Shown here: piece after piece, positions 1 to 7,136 of the stretch
Layout of the letters: the number at the start of each line of letters is the position of its first letter
Position numbering within the stretch: position 1 is the stretch's first letter
Assembly: GCA_022712755.1 (NCBI GenBank)
Contig: JAFLJY010000279.1
Location: forward strand, 1 to 45,301
Direction: 5' to 3'
Length of the DNA stretch: 45,301 nt
DNA from: Gammaproteobacteria bacterium
GTDB lineage: Bacteria > Pseudomonadota > Gammaproteobacteria > SZUA-229
The notes under the pieces: generated by a model
What the model saw: the letters and a program-made list of their open reading frames with translations, nothing else
Database searches by the model: none
What the model was told of the DNA's origin: nothing
Position numbers and translations under genes: made by a program

Positions 1-137
1 GAAAACACCGATGCAAGCCATTGGCGCTGCTATGCGAAAATTAATTCAAATTGGTTTTGGCGTTATTAAACACCAAAGCGAATACCAACCACAAGTGGTT
101 TAATAACACTTGCGATTGGTTTTGAGAGATGGTATCT
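1..137 (+). mobile_element. Right end of an IS110-family (IS621/Piv-like) insertion sequence, truncated by the window
   Basis: Transposase C-terminus at 2-103, then a short right end finishing ...TTGAGAGATGGTATCT. There is no terminal inverted repeat, and the GTATCT end with a CT core resembles the IS621 donor end ACAGTATCT. Confidence 0.8.
2..103 (+). CDS. IS110 transposase/recombinase, C-terminal fragment (5' end outside window)
   Basis: Frame 2 translates KTPMQAIGAAMRKLIQIGFGVIKHQSEYQPQVV*, the typical AIGAAMRKL..FGV.K C-terminus of IS110 transposases. Not in the ORF track. Confidence 0.85.
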   Translation, partial: KTPMQAIGAAMRKLIQIGFGVIKHQSEYQPQVV

Positions 138-147
138 ACCAGCCTTT

Positions 148-181
148 GTCATCTCGAATGCCTTTTTGTGAAAGATCTTGT
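148..181. repeat. Partial TGTCATYTCGA...AGATCT REP-like element
   Basis: TGTCATCTCGAATG...GTGAAAGATCTTG. Related copies at 5032/5147-5209, 6975-7030 and 33305-33356. Confidence 0.5.
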
Positions 182-199
182 ACCCAATAAAGCTGGCCA

Positions 200-216
200 T
201 GCACTATATTGGTGCG
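200..216. promoter_or_regulatory. NtrC binding site
   Basis: TGCACTATATTGGTGCG closely matches the 17-bp NtrC dyad TGCAC-N7-GTGCA and lies upstream of ntrB. Confidence 0.8.
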
Positions 217-319
217 ATACAATGGTTTCTTTTCTTAATGTTTACATTTTTTTGCTAATCGCCTTACGCAAGCAATTGAAAAATATAAAAATAAAATAAA
301 TAACCGGCCTCATACAAAC

Positions 320-335
320 TGGTTCAGTTATTGCA
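320..335 (+). promoter_or_regulatory. Putative sigma54 (-24/-12) promoter of ntrBC
   Basis: TGGTTCAGTTATTGCA has GG-N10-GC spacing, lies ~105 bp downstream of the NtrC site, and the intervening DNA is AT-rich. Confidence 0.65.
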
Positions 336-346
336 TTAACCCTGTT

Positions 347-1504
347 ATGGCCACATCACAATACAGCTCAGCACAAACCGTTATTGATAACCTGCATTCT
401 GCGATTATTATCATTGGTGAAAATCTGCAAATTATCTGCATCAACCCAGCAGCTGAATTATTATTTCATATCAGCAATACAAGAGCAGCGAAAAAAAACA
501 TTCGTCAGCTTATTATCAATGAACATGAGTTTTTTGACCGCCTGGAGCGATCTTTAATTTCTTCACATCCCTACACTGTTTATGAGGACCAGCTGCGTCT
601 GCACCATCACAAAATTATTGATGTGGATTATTCCGTTTCACCCATTCCATACAAGCAAGAAGGCAAATATTTATTACTGGAATTTATTCGTTTAAAAACA
701 CAACACAAAATCTCACATGAAGAAAGCATACTCAGTCAATATGAAGCCGGTAAAACGCTATTACGCGGACTGGCACATGAAATAAAAAACCCCTTAGGTG
801 GCATTCGAGGGGCCGCACAGTTGCTTGAAAGAGAACTTGAAAAGAGTCCCAGCAGTAATCTCAACAACAGTAATATCGGCTGCGACCACAAACAATTCAC
901 CCAAATCATTATCAATGAAGCCGATCGTTTAAAAAACTTGCTCGACCGCATGGTCGGACCCAAAGATATACCAACAAAAAGCGAAGTCAACATACACAAA
1001 ATCCTGGAACATGTACGGCAACTTGTACTGGCAGAAAACGATAAAATTATAATAAAAGCAGATTATGATCCCAGCGTCCCTGAGTTACATGCCGATGAAT
1101 CCATGTTAATTCAGGTGATATTAAACATTACACGTAATGCCGTAACCGCATCACTTGTCACACCTATTCCTGCTACGACTTCTGAAAACGATAAAGCCAC
1201 CATCATTTTTAAAACACGCACACAAAGAAATTGTAAGGTTGGTTTACACAGTTACCCACTGGTCGCCAGAATAGATATTGAAGACAGTGGCAGTGGCGTA
1301 AAAAAAGAATTACAGGAAAAAATATTTATGCCAATGATTACCGGTCGCGCCGAAGGTACCGGGCTGGGTCTATCAATCGCACAATCATTAGTACAACAAC
1401 ATAACGGTATAATCGAATTTACCAGCAAACCGGGTAAAACCATTTTTACACTTTTATTGCCCCTGAATTTACAAACTGACCCGCACAATGAAGCCACAGA
1501 GTGA
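347..1504 (+). CDS. glnL: Nitrogen regulation sensor kinase NtrB
   Basis: N-terminal PAS-like region, H-box LAHEIKNPLGGIRGAAQLL, G-box GTGLGLSIAQ; adjacent to ntrC. Confidence 0.95.
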   Translation: MATSQYSSAQTVIDNLHSAIIIIGENLQIICINPAAELLFHISNTRAAKKNIRQLIINEHEFFDRLERSLISSHPYTVYEDQLRLHHHKIIDVDYSVSPIPYKQEGKYLLLEFIRLKTQHKISHEESILSQYEAGKTLLRGLAHEIKNPLGGIRGAAQLLERELEKSPSSNLNNSNIGCDHKQFTQIIINEADRLKNLLDRMVGPKDIPTKSEVNIHKILEHVRQLVLAENDKIIIKADYDPSVPELHADESMLIQVILNITRNAVTASLVTPIPATTSENDKATIIFKTRTQRNCKVGLHSYPLVARIDIEDSGSGVKKELQEKIFMPMITGRAEGTGLGLSIAQSLVQQHNGIIEFTSKPGKTIFTLLLPLNLQTDPHNEATE

Positions 1505-1513
1505 AGCGTATAA

Positions 1514-3016
1514 ATGACCGCAGCCATAACCGAAACCACAACATATCAAGGGCATATCTGGATTATTGATGATGATGACTCCATACGCTGGGTGTTACAA
1601 AAAGCACTTGAAGGCGCAAATTTTACTGTTACCAGTTTTGACAATGCCAACACTATTTTAGACAGGTTACAGGCAGATAAATTAAGCTCGACTAAATTAA
1701 AGCTGGAACAACCCGATGCCATCATTACCGATGTGCGTATGCCGGGCATTGATGGCCTGGAATTACTGTCCCGGCTGTCATCAGATTACCCGGATTTACC
1801 GGTTATTATTATGACCGCCCACACCGATTTAGACAGTGCCGTTTCCGCTTATAAAGGCGGTGCATTTGAATACCTGCCTAAACCGTTTGACATTGATGAT
1901 GCTGTTGAAGTCACGCAACGCGCCTGCCAACTTGCCAGCAAGAAAAAGTCGTCACATGAAAGTCTGTTAACCACAGAAAACAATACACCAGAAATTATTG
2001 GTGCGGCACCCGCCATGCAGGAAGTTTTCCGCACCATTGGGCGATTATCAAAGTCTGTCATCAGCGTGTTAATTACCGGAGAATCCGGCACTGGCAAGGA
2101 ACTGGTCGCACTCTCACTGCACAAACACAGCCCACGTACCGATAATGCTTTTATTGCATTAAACACCGCCGCCATTCCAAAAGAATTATTAGAGTCCGAG
2201 TTATTTGGCCATGAAAAAGGTGCTTTTACCGGTGCACAGGCACTACGAAAAGGCCGCTTTGAACAGGCCGATGGCGGCACCTTATTTCTTGATGAAATTG
2301 GCGACATGCCCGCTGAACTACAAACCCGTTTATTACGCGTGCTGGCAGAAGGGGTATTTTACCGCGTAGGCGGACACACGCCGATCAAAGTCAATGTGCG
2401 CGTCATCGCTGCCACTCACCAAAACCTTGATGCCCACGTTAAAAAAGGATTATTCCGTGAAGACTTATTTCATCGTTTAAATGTCATTCGCATTCACCTG
2501 CCTGCGCTGCGAGAACGCAGAGAAGATATCCCGGCTTTATTTAACTTATTTTTACAGCGTGCGGTAAAAGAACTCGCCATTGATGATGAATCAAGCGAAA
2601 CCAAAATCATAACAAATGAAACCATGAACTACCTGAGCTCACTTAACTGGCCGGGCAATGTAAGACAGGTCGAAAACACCTGCCACTGGCTAGCGGTGAT
2701 GACACCCGGTCAGGTGGTACATCTATCTGACTTGCCCACAGAGCTGCTTACTGACAATCGCGCTGAAAACCAGGCTGAAAATAATAATGCAACTTTTGAA
2801 TCGAACGAAAATTGGCAAGAAAAACTTAAGTCTAAAGTGCAGCAACAATTACTCTCCGGCGAAACAGATATTTCGACACAAATTATTTGTGATGTTGAGA
2901 GGGTTTTAATAAACGAGGCATTAAAAAAAACCGGCGGCAGAAAAAACGATGCCGCAAAATTGCTTGGCTGGGGCAGGAATACCTTGACGCGGAAAATTAA
3001 GGAGTTGGGGGTTTAA
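1514..3016 (+). CDS. glnG: Nitrogen regulation response regulator NtrC
   Basis: Receiver DDDDSIRWVL, Walker A GESGTGKE, GAFTGA, and C-terminal HTH AAKLLGWGRNTLTRKIKELG. Confidence 0.96.
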   Translation: MTAAITETTTYQGHIWIIDDDDSIRWVLQKALEGANFTVTSFDNANTILDRLQADKLSSTKLKLEQPDAIITDVRMPGIDGLELLSRLSSDYPDLPVIIMTAHTDLDSAVSAYKGGAFEYLPKPFDIDDAVEVTQRACQLASKKKSSHESLLTTENNTPEIIGAAPAMQEVFRTIGRLSKSVISVLITGESGTGKELVALSLHKHSPRTDNAFIALNTAAIPKELLESELFGHEKGAFTGAQALRKGRFEQADGGTLFLDEIGDMPAELQTRLLRVLAEGVFYRVGGHTPIKVNVRVIAATHQNLDAHVKKGLFREDLFHRLNVIRIHLPALRERREDIPALFNLFLQRAVKELAIDDESSETKIITNETMNYLSSLNWPGNVRQVENTCHWLAVMTPGQVVHLSDLPTELLTDNRAENQAENNNATFESNENWQEKLKSKVQQQLLSGETDISTQIICDVERVLINEALKKTGGRKNDAAKLLGWGRNTLTRKIKELGV

Positions 3017-3076
3017 GTTTTAAGTTTTAAGTTTTAAGTTTTAAGTTTTAAGTTTTAAGTTTTAAGTTTTAAGTTT
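3014..3076 (+). repeat. Perfect heptamer tandem repeat (TAAGTTT)x9
   Basis: Nine exact copies, the first beginning at the ntrC TAA stop codon. Confidence 0.95.
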
Positions 3077-3143
3077 ACAAAAAACTTAACTGCCTGGCGG
3101 TATCAATCAAGGGGAAATATTAAACTTATAAAACAGGTAGTTC

Positions 3144-3225
3144 GTAGGTTGGGGTGAGGCACGAACCCCAACAATACCGGCGCGGCTGTTACCAATGTTG
3201 GGGTTCGTGCCTCACCCCAACCTAC
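3144..3225. repeat. GTAG-type REP doublet (REPIN)
   Basis: GTAGGTTGGGGTGAGGCACGAACCCCAACA ... TGTTGGGGTTCGTGCCTCACCCCAACCTAC, a perfect 30-bp inverted pair. A second copy is at 31706-31782. Confidence 0.9.
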
Positions 3226-3279
3226 TTTCCTACGAGCCGTATCTTCTTAAATAGAGCGGCATGACTTAAAACTTATAAC

Positions 3280-3990
3280 TCAATCACCAATACAACTCAT
3301 ATAAGCCTGCTCAACATCTTCAGCTTGATATTGTTTTTTAAAATCTTCCGGTGAGCCAGAAAAATAAATCTTGCTGTTATGCAACACTGCCATAGTATCC
3401 GCCATCTCTTCTACGTCAGCCAGTACATGTGAACTAAAGAACACGGTAACACCCTGTTGTTTTAACTGTGCCAACTGCTTTTTAAATAACACACGGGCGC
3501 GGGGATCTAAACCACTCATGGGTTCATCTAAAATCAGTAATGATTTACCGCTTAACAAACACGATGCCAAACCCAGTTTTTGCGTCATGCCTTTTGACAG
3601 CTTATTGACCGATTCGCGCATGATGGATTTATCCAGATCCAGTGCATCCAGAACCTGTTCTATTTTTTGCTGGTTACAATCATTGCCATGCAGACGTAAC
3701 ATGTAGTGAATAAAATCCAACGCTTTTAAATGTGCGGGGGGTAAAAATCGGTCGGGGAGATAGGCTATGTTTTCACGCGACTCCACCTTTCGGTGTGAGT
3801 AACCATGGATGCTTATATTGCCTGTATTGATAGCAATTAAATCCAGAATAGCTTTAATCAGGGTGGATTTGCCGCTGCCGTTCATGCCGACTAAACCAAA
3901 AAATTCACCCTGTTTTACTGACAGGTTGATTTTGTCCAGGACTACTTTGTTGGCGTAGTATTTGACGACTTGTTTGCAATTAATAAGCAT
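3280..3990 (-). CDS. ABC transporter ATP-binding protein (PilH/XapD-like, pilus associated)
   Basis: Walker A GMNGSGKS, signature LSKGM, Walker B LILDEP, and SSH switch. Confidence 0.88.
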   Translation of the reverse strand: MLINCKQVVKYYANKVVLDKINLSVKQGEFFGLVGMNGSGKSTLIKAILDLIAINTGNISIHGYSHRKVESRENIAYLPDRFLPPAHLKALDFIHYMLRLHGNDCNQQKIEQVLDALDLDKSIMRESVNKLSKGMTQKLGLASCLLSGKSLLILDEPMSGLDPRARVLFKKQLAQLKQQGVTVFFSSHVLADVEEMADTMAVLHNSKIYFSGSPEDFKKQYQAEDVEQAYMSCIGD

Positions 3991-4001
3991 ATTTTAATGA
4001 T

Positions 4002-4029
4002 AAAAAAAGAGCCCAAATGGACTCTTTTT
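4002..4029 (-). terminator. Intrinsic terminator after the pilin gene
   Basis: Minus strand AAAAAGAGTCCATTTGGGCTCTTTTTTT, a stem-loop followed by a U tract. Confidence 0.7.
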
Positions 4030-4062
4030 ATATTAACTTAACCTAGGCAACTATTTTTCAAA

Positions 4063-4815
4063 TTAGAAATTTCTAAACACTGCCGCACAATTAGAACTTG
4101 GTGCCTGTAACCCGTACAAATTATTGTCAGTTGTATTCTGGCAGGCAGTTACATCTCCAGTTACCCAGCCAGTACCTGCAAGGCCTAACTGCATCGCCCC
4201 TGAACCCGCATTGCCATCATCAACTTTTCTATCTAACTCTGCCAGCACTTCAACAGGGATACCTCTACCGGTAATCAATTCATGTGCATTAATTCCGCCT
4301 TCTTGTCGTAGTGCACCATAATTTAGATTCATGCCAGCACCGAAACCATTATCAGGACAAGTCGTAGGCAAACAACCATAGTCATCTGCAGCAACTGTTG
4401 CCACAACAAAATTTCCGGTTATGTATCCAGCTGCTTGCAAATGGATCCATACATTAGGCCGCTCCGCAGCCTCGCCACTTGCAGCGCCAACCAGACCATT
4501 ACCATTACCATTAGCAGGCGTACCCGGCAAATTAACAGCCGCTTGTGAATAGTCTCCAGGAAACCCACGGTAACGATCCTGAAAACTAAACCAGGCCGCA
4601 GTAATCCCATCAACAGTATTGTTTAAGGCCCTAACCCTGGCAGTATTAATCAACTCCTGTCCTTTTAATACACCGCCTAGTAACAAACCAATGATCACTA
4701 AAACAATAGCAATTTCAATTAAGGTGAAGCCGCCTTGCCTGGCACCGACAAGCCTTTCGCAGGGTGGGCGACTAGTCCAGTTTGCCAGCATTTTTTGTTT
4801 ATTTACTTTTTTCAT
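4063..4815 (-). CDS. Type IV prepilin, likely the major pilin (alternative start at 4836)
   Basis: Class III signal QGG/FTLIEIAIVLVIIGLLLGGV with E5, Cys pairs in the globular domain, and its own downstream terminator. Confidence 0.88.
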   Translation of the reverse strand: MKKVNKQKMLANWTSRPPCERLVGARQGGFTLIEIAIVLVIIGLLLGGVLKGQELINTARVRALNNTVDGITAAWFSFQDRYRGFPGDYSQAAVNLPGTPANGNGNGLVGAASGEAAERPNVWIHLQAAGYITGNFVVATVAADDYGCLPTTCPDNGFGAGMNLNYGALRQEGGINAHELITGRGIPVEVLAELDRKVDDGNAGSGAMQLGLAGTGWVTGDVTACQNTTDNNLYGLQAPSSNCAAVFRNF

Positions 4816-4895
4816 AACATTCGTCTCTGCCTTCATAGCATAAAACTTATTATTTTTATTTTCTTTTTAAGGTTGTTGCATTATAGGGTAAAAGC

Positions 4896-4910
4896 TCAAT
4901 ACTATTGCCA
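4896..4910 (-). promoter_or_regulatory. Possible sigma54 promoter for the pilin gene (imperfect -12)
   Basis: Minus strand TGGCAATAGTATTGA has correct -24/-12 spacing but GA in place of GC at -12. Confidence 0.4.
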
Positions 4911-4945
4911 TCTTCCCCCACATAAACAAAGGGAATTGCCGGTAC

Positions 4946-5028
4946 GTAGGCCTGCATAAGGAACGTTGCAGGCAAACTACAACTACAGTGTGCGATACTT
5001 GCCTGCAACGTTCCTTATGCAGGCCTAC
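4946..5028. repeat. Second family of GTAG-type REP doublet
   Basis: GTAGGCCTGCATAAGGAACGTTGCAGGCAA ... TTGCCTGCAACGTTCCTTATGCAGGCCTAC, a perfect inverted pair. Confidence 0.9.
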
Positions 5029-5030
5029 AG

Positions 5031-5209
5031 CTGTCATTTCCATCCTTAGGTTCGTTAATCGCACCGCCTTCCTGGCTCTTTGTGCCATAATTGCAAACAT
5101 GGCCGTCCATCCATGGACATAACAGCACGTTCCTGTGCCACTATTCAACCAACGGGAGAAATTTTATTCAGCGATAGTACAAGATCTCTCCTGTTGATCG
5201 AGATAACAG
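5031..5209. repeat. TGTCATTTC...GAGATAACAG palindromic element interrupted by a GGA-hairpin element
   Basis: The left arm CTGTCATTTC is separated from AACCAACGGGAGAAAT...AGATCTCTCCTGTTGATCGAGATAACAG by the 5041-5142 insert. Confidence 0.6.
5041..5142 (-). repeat. GGA-loop hairpin element, single-unit intergenic copy
   Basis: Shares both ends (CATCCTTAGGTTCGTTAATCGCACCG and TGGACATAACAGCACGT) with 18146-18399. Confidence 0.9.
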
Positions 5210-5337
5210 TAACGAAAAAATGTGTTGTGCAAAGCACCACTATCACACTAATTAAATGCAATCACTATACCAATATTCTATAGCCCATTAAAGCTGAATT
5301 TACAGAAATAACCCTTCTTTTTTTGATTTAAATCTGT

Positions 5338-6087
5338 TTATTTTTCAACACTTTGTCGAGTTTTCGACAATTTTTCTTCAAGTACAATAATTTTTTGTGT
5401 GAGGAATTTTAATTCATAGGGATCGGTTATCACTTTGCTGTCTATCAAGGCGCCAACAAGGATTTTAGCTGCCTGCAACTGCCCCATGTCTTCTAATACG
5501 ATAATCCTCATGTCTTTTGCCCAACGCGGCACATGTTTAGCCGTGGCTTTTTCTGCCAGCGCATCGGCGTACTTTAATGCCAAATCCAAATCCTTGAGTT
5601 CGTGTTTTGCAGTAATGATCACGTGCGCCAGCCAGCGCCAGTACTTATTCGGGTTTTCATTAAATTTCTGGAAAATGTAATCCATCATAATGCGTTGTTT
5701 TTCCGGGTTTTGCACACTGCCATAAACACGAGCCGCCACCAGCATCGGATAATGCCCACGTGGATCCAATTCCAGGATGGTGTCAAGCCATTGCGTTAGC
5801 CGTACATAATCCAGCTGGTGAAAAGAAATGCTGATGCCGGGCTGGTTATCAAATGCCTGCAGCCAGAGATTTAAAAATTTGGAGGCAGCTATGGGTTCTC
5901 CCAGAGAACTCAATACATAAGCATGTGCAGATAAAGGTGGTGGCAGATCTTCTGCCCTGACCGCAACTGGAGGCTGCATATTGTGCCAGACTAGCTGCAT
6001 AATAAGCGCTAACACCAGCAGCACTTTTACCGATGCGGGAACATCACGCACGGGTCTGTCTTTGTCTATAAAGGGGTAAGAAATCAC
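5338..6087 (-). CDS. Membrane-anchored helical/TPR-like protein (PilG/XapA-like ABC accessory)
   Basis: One N-terminal TM segment, a helical-repeat-like body, and a position directly downstream of the ABC permease. Confidence 0.6.
   Translation of the reverse strand: MISYPFIDKDRPVRDVPASVKVLLVLALIMQLVWHNMQPPVAVRAEDLPPPLSAHAYVLSSLGEPIAASKFLNLWLQAFDNQPGISISFHQLDYVRLTQWLDTILELDPRGHYPMLVAARVYGSVQNPEKQRIMMDYIFQKFNENPNKYWRWLAHVIITAKHELKDLDLALKYADALAEKATAKHVPRWAKDMRIIVLEDMGQLQAAKILVGALIDSKVITDPYELKFLTQKIIVLEEKLSKTRQSVEK
5354..5369. promoter_or_regulatory. Candidate enhancer palindrome TGTC-N8-GACA
   Basis: TTGTCGAGTTTTCGACAA upstream of the pilin gene; the same geometry occurs at 23467-23482. Confidence 0.5.
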
Positions 6088-6096
6088 GGGGAATAT

Positions 6097-6867
6097 TTAA
6101 AAATTTTTCCGGTAAAAATCAAACAGCGCAATAAAAGACAGGAACACAAGATAAATCAGAGTTTGCCCTAACAGCGGCAATAGTGTGACCCAGTCAGCGG
6201 TGTTGTAGGCTAACCATTCGGTTTGCGTAAAACGATGTAAGTCCGGCAGTAACCAGGTGATTAATTCAATCACCCCATCCATAAACTTTTGCGCCATCGA
6301 GGTGCTCACCATCACAGGAAACTGTGACATTAAAAAAATTGAGGTGACAATGCGTGACGCGCCATAAATAATAAACACGGCGGTTAATGCCGCCGGTATC
6401 TGGTTAAATGTAAACAGCATCACCAGGCTTAACGCGACCACGATGGTCAGCTCTAAAAAAAGGGAGATTGCCCAGATTAAAACCTGCTGTGAGTCTGCGT
6501 ACCACAATAACAGCAGCGCAAAGATGATGGACACCAATAAAGCAATATAAAAATAGCCAATAAGTTTACCAAGATAATAACTGGCTCGATGTATGGGCAT
6601 CGCCATGATCATTTCCAGGGTTTTATCCTGTAACTCTCGAAGGCTGCTGGTAACCACAAACAGCGTTACCATAACAACAGCGCTTATTCGCAAAAAAGCA
6701 CCGAGAATAGCGACCTGTGTTACCCGGTGTTCGGTAATAGTTAGATCGCCGATAAATTCAACCAACGCAAAGCTGATGGCGATAATAAGAAATGACAGTA
6801 GTAATAGCCGATTGCGCAATGACTCAATGATGGTGAAGCGGGCAATTGTCAGAATTTGAGTGATCAT
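6097..6867 (-). CDS. ABC-2 type permease (PilI-like)
   Basis: About six TM segments, ARFTIIESLRNR N-terminus, PIHRASYYLGK motif, and FYRKNF C-terminus. Confidence 0.85.
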   Translation of the reverse strand: MITQILTIARFTIIESLRNRLLLLSFLIIAISFALVEFIGDLTITEHRVTQVAILGAFLRISAVVMVTLFVVTSSLRELQDKTLEMIMAMPIHRASYYLGKLIGYFYIALLVSIIFALLLLWYADSQQVLIWAISLFLELTIVVALSLVMLFTFNQIPAALTAVFIIYGASRIVTSIFLMSQFPVMVSTSMAQKFMDGVIELITWLLPDLHRFTQTEWLAYNTADWVTLLPLLGQTLIYLVFLSFIALFDFYRKNF

Positions 6868-7136
6868 TTAGATATAGTTGTGTAATTCTTAATTATTATA
6901 GATGGAAACAATAGGTTTAAGTTAAAAGTTTTATGTTGAGAATGCTGCACGACATGGTGAAGGTTTAGTACCATTGTCATATCGACTAAAGGGTGAGATC
7001 TTGTGTCTCAGTGGTGCAATATCTCTACACACCCAAGATTGCAATTTTTTTACTTAAAACATACAACATAAAACTTAAACACATATAACTGCATACGAAT
7101 GTTCTACAATCTTAACCAGTTACCAAAATAATAAAA

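Noticed and set aside
4738..4790. c-di-GMP-I riboswitch (GGCAAA...GAAA)
   Set aside because: It lacks the two-hairpin GEMM architecture and lies within coding sequence.
4867..5148. 93-aa ORF (and 18092-18385, 18058-18534) sharing peptide motifs
   Set aside because: These are alternative-frame translations of the same DNA repeat, not genes.
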